The notes under the pieces: model-generated
What the model saw: the letters and a program-made list of their open reading frames with translations, nothing else
Databases searched by the model: none
Told to the model about the DNA's origin: nothing
Shown: piece after piece, positions 59,831 through 64,000 of the stretch
Layout: the number at the start of each line of letters is the position of its first letter
How positions within the stretch are numbered: the first letter of the stretch is position 1
Source of the DNA: the human T2T-CHM13v2.0 reference genome, Homo sapiens
NCBI RefSeq assembly: GCF_009914755.1
Contig: NC_060927.1
Length of the DNA: 64,000 nucleotides
Reading direction: 5' to 3' (one strand)
Made by a program: the position numbers and the translations under genes

Positions 59831-61739
59831 CATCTTCTGAGCAAACGCTAGTTGTGCACCTCTTATGTGCCAAGTAATACGTGAGGCACTTAGAATACAG
59901 AAATCAAGTGAAGTTTCTAACTGCCTTTTGGAGATGTTTTCATCATCAACACACAGCTGCCTTTACTTTAAAGTTTAGACCCATGATAACAGAGTTCCTA
60001 TAGTTTGGCTTTTAGTTGTCTCATCACCTCTTTCAATGGTAAGTGGTGATTAAGTTGATGGCAGGAGGCAAGAAACCCAGCTCTGAATTCTCACAGTACT
60101 GTAGTGGCACTCGTGGACAGAACCTGCTGAATTAATTTTATATCACCATACTATAGAGTCTGCCACGTAGTAGGGTGTCAGTGGAAACTTGCTTAAATTA
60201 ATTCATAATCATGAATGAGTGAATCAATGACAAACATTACACTGGACCCTTTAGATTTGTTTTCTGCGCTTGGCAGTATCAATACAGATTCCTATGAAGT
60301 TTTTATTTTTTTCTTGTCTTATCTGAGTCCAGTTATTTTTCACTGGTAATTTTTTCTCTTAACTTGTTAAAATTAACCATAAGATTGATATCTTTTGTGG
60401 GAAAACTGCTGCTGAGATTTTTTTTTTTTGTCTTACCCCAAAGTAGATTCAGTAATGTTGTGAAGAAATAAAGTAATTAAAACCAAAATTCTGATAACTC
60501 TTAACGTTGTAGGTGGCCATGATTGACAGATACTTCCATACTTCTTAACCCTAAATTTTCTTCTTTGGCCAGATAATTATGGTGAGGCCAGAGAGGTCCT
60601 AAAAATAGGCCCAGCGGTCTTTGACCCAGTTGTGACAATAAACCCAGACTTCAAGTGGTTCTATACTATCATCTTAAGCTGTCTGTGGAATTCTTTTAGG
60701 GCCTGAATATATGAAATGCTTTCTAAGGAGAGAGAACAAGAGGTTTGCAAATCTCATAATATAAAGTGCAGTATATTATGACTATATGTTCATGCATTTT
60801 TCTGGGGGAGCACATTCATAGTTTTTGTGGGATTCAAGACCCTCTCCCCATTCCTTTCCACCCCAAACCCCCCACCCCCACCAAAAATAGTTAAGGATAC
60901 TTGATTGAAAGATTCTGGTCCACTTAGAGAATGTGATTTCTTAAGACTAACATAGTTTCCTTTCCCAGAATTGTCATGTAGCAGTTACAAAAATGTAACC
61001 CTCCAAACTGCCTGGCGGTAAACTTCAAGTTAGACAAGTCTATAATGTGACTCATGGAACTTTCTCATGCTTTTGCATTCAATAATCAGAAAAATCCCCT
61101 GTAACTTTTTCATGCTTCTGAAGACAGTAATCAGGAAAATCCTTGAGGAGACTGTGGTTTTATAGGATGCTAAATCAGGTTATGATTGTGTGTACCCTGA
61201 TGGTATGTTTTTCCTGTCTGGAATTTCCTCTTGGGGGTGGTCTGTTCTTCTCGTTTCTAAAACTTATATCAACATCCTCTTGGACCCAGAAGTGTACGCT
61301 ACTCATTTATTTTATGTTACGTTATTTTGGATAAAGGAGAAAAAGAACTATCATAAGCCATGGAATACCTTCCCATGGTACAAGCAAACCGAGTTGTTAT
61401 TCTTCCTCATACATTGAAGAACTGGAAGCTGAACTTACTCGGCTCCCCTCAATGCCCATCTTTTAGGCACTCAACATAAACCAAGCTGTGCACCCCACTT
61501 AACTATTCTGAGTAAAATGCCTCAGTATTTCATCTTGCTTTTGTTGGGTTTGATGTATTGGAGACAGGGTTAGATACACTGAGCAATCATAGCTAAAAAG
61601 CAGCCTGCGCTTTGCTGCTATTCAATTGTTGAAGGGTCCTCCCTGGGGTTATTGAGTTTCATGAACTGGGAAAAGTAGGAATTTTGAACCACATACATTT
61701 GTTTGCAAAGTCTTTTTTTTTTTTCTTTTCCTTTTCCAT

Positions 61740-62010
61740 CCAGCATAGCATAACACAGAAACCATGAAACCATGAGCACACACTCTGCATTCAGGCTATC
61801 TGGGTTTGAATCCCAGCTCTTCCACTTCATAAGCTGTGCAACTTTGGGCAAGTTATAGCACCTTGCTGGGTCTACAGTCAACATCCAGAGAATAAAGATA
61901 CTATTACTGCTTACCTTATAGGATGTACAGGAAAATTAAATAATATTTGTAAACAGCTTAGAATACTACCTGGTGTGTTCAAAGTGCTACATATGTGTTT
62001 TTAAATAAAT
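61740..62010 (+). mobile_element. MIR, near full length
   Basis: tgggtttgaatcccagctcttccactt...tgggcaagtta...cttagaatactacctgg. Confidence 0.82.
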
Positions 62011-63336
62011 CTGAGTACCGAGGGTAACAGTGGAGATTCATGTGGGGACATCCTGTCAGAATCAAGCATGAGAAGCCTGATTGCCACCATCGGGCTGGTT
62101 GTTGTGGTTAGGTTTGGGCGTGTTTTTTGTTTGAGGGGATTTAAAAAATCTTTTCCATCCATCTCTTCTAAGGGCAGGGTTTTCCTTGGCTGATCTCCCA
62201 CTCTCCAAGGACTTTAAGATCTGAGATAATCTGATGGAATCCTTGTATTTTAACCCCTTTGTCACACAGTGAAGCACTTCAGTCATAGCCCCTTAGCCTC
62301 TTCTTGACAGGAGTTTATTTGGCTGGAGTTTGTTTGTTTGTTTGTTTATTTGTCACTTCTCCAGCTTTGTTTGACCTCTACTACTAACCACTGAGCCTGA
62401 TTTAACCTTTTAAAAAAAAATTGTCATTATTCTATAGATGGCACTTGCAAATCAGTTTTGAGAAGAGCTGCTTGTAAGTCATCAGGATGTTCATGATTAA
62501 ATATAATCATGTGTTATCAGACTGAAAGCAAAACGAAAGCAAGACATTGTGACCACAGCATTTTCCAAACCTCATAATTAGCTAAAATAGTTTTAATGTA
62601 AGAATCACAAGATCCATTTTAGGCATGCAAATTGTATCCTAAGTCTCATAATACATACTTGGGCCAGAACATAGAAAATAATTTTATTTGCTTTGTGAGT
62701 AAGTCTCTTATTTTTTTATGGGATGCGTCTATAATGAACTTAGCTGTCACTAATTAGAAAAAAAAGTTAAGCAGGAACTTGGAAAATAACTTTTTTATTA
62801 CAAAGAAAATGCTCATATCATTTTTAGAAATATTCTTTTATTTTTAAAAATTCTCTATTTGCAAGTTAATAGAAAGGAGATGTAGTAAAGATCGCTGATT
62901 ACAAGATCTATTTCTTGCTGGTATTCTGATTACACTTAGCTTTAAGGAGAGTAAGTGCTGTATCTATAGCGATGTTAGTGATTTGACAGAGACATTCTGA
63001 ATTTTTCAAAGAGAAGTATTTATGGAATTTTAGAATCTTCTAGCCTAGTTTCTTCCTCTTCTGGATAAGAAACTTGAGATCCACCAAAGCTGAAGTGTTC
63101 AGCTAAGTGAAAGCAGAGTACAAAAGCTAATTTTAACTATAGGAGGGAAAAAAAGGTTTAAACGTTGCCTTTTGACATTTTCTAAGTTTTATTTACATTA
63201 AATATTCTTAGTGTTTTGATAAAAGTCTATTTTTTATAATAGTCTATTTCTAAAGGGAAATTCTGCTTGATAATTTCATGATCTTTGATAATCTTTAATA
63301 ATTTACATGAAAGAAAAAATAGAAACAGAGCTTAGA

Positions 63337-64000
63337 TTTTTTCTTTCTTTTTTTTTATTATACTTTAAGTTCTGGGATACACGTGCAGAATGCGCAGGTT
63401 TGTTACATAGGTATACATGTGCCATGGTGGTTTGCTGCACCCATCAACCCATCATCTACATTAGGTATTTCTCCTAATGCTGTCACTCCCCTTGCCCCCC
63501 ATTCCCTGACAGGCCCTGAAGTATGATGTTTCCCTCCCTGGGCCCATATGTTCTCATTGTTCAACTCCTAATTATGAGTGAGAATATGCGGTGTTTGGTT
63601 TTCTGTTCCTGTGTTAGTTTGCTGAGAATGATGGTTTCCAGCTTCATCCATGTCCCTGCAAAGAACATGAACTCGTTCTTTTTTATGGCTGCATAGTATT
63701 CCATGGTGTATATGTGCCACATTTTCTTTACCCAGTCTAACATTGATGGGCATTTGGGTTGGTTCCAAGTCTTTGCTATTGTGAATAGTGCTGCAGTAAA
63801 CATACGTGTGCATGTGTCTTTGTAGTAGAATGATTTATAATCCTTTGGGTATATACCTACTAATGAGATTGCTGGGTCAAATGGTATTTCTAGTTCTAGA
63901 TCCTTGAGGAATCACCACACTGTTTCCCACAATGGTTGAACTAATTTATACTCCCACCAACAGTGAAAAAGCATTCCTATTTCTTCACATCCTCTCCAGC
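63337..64000 (-). mobile_element. L1PA7-like 3' end running off the window
   Basis: T-rich tail plus L1 3'UTR reverse complement (gccatggtggtttgctgcacccatcaacc...catctacattaggtatttc); ORF2 C-terminal peptide in track. Confidence 0.93.

Overview
Primate (human-like), AT-rich, CpG-poor intronic or intergenic DNA with no CpG island and no credible protein-coding exon. Much of it is transposon-derived: 12 Alus, a full-length but inactivated L1PA5/6 (35389-41560), shorter L1 pieces, solo LTRs (MLT1A0, MER41B, MER57, MLT1H/J/K), hAT and Tigger DNA-transposon fossils, and MIR/L2/CR1 relics. It also holds a processed cofilin-1 (CFL1) pseudogene and a 3'-truncated 5S rRNA retrocopy. The long ORFs in the track are L1 ORF1/ORF2/ORF0 fragments, Alu read-throughs or the CFL1 retrocopy. 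I see no strong evidence of a wholly new biological system. The best leads are: (i) a perfect 25-bp inverted repeat with a flipped spacer (template-switch signature) inside an old L1; (ii) a MER41B LTR with both STAT (GAS) sites intact, inserted antisense in the CFL1 retrocopy and facing the same way as a nearby L1 antisense promoter; (iii) a candidate 45-nt orphan retrocopy with poly(A) signal, tail and TSD; (iv) a tailless 5S retrocopy with a perfect 16-bp TSD; (v) an approximately 11-kb nested insertion stack. Repeat family names come from remembered consensus sequences, not from a run search, and the ends of old repeats are approximate.
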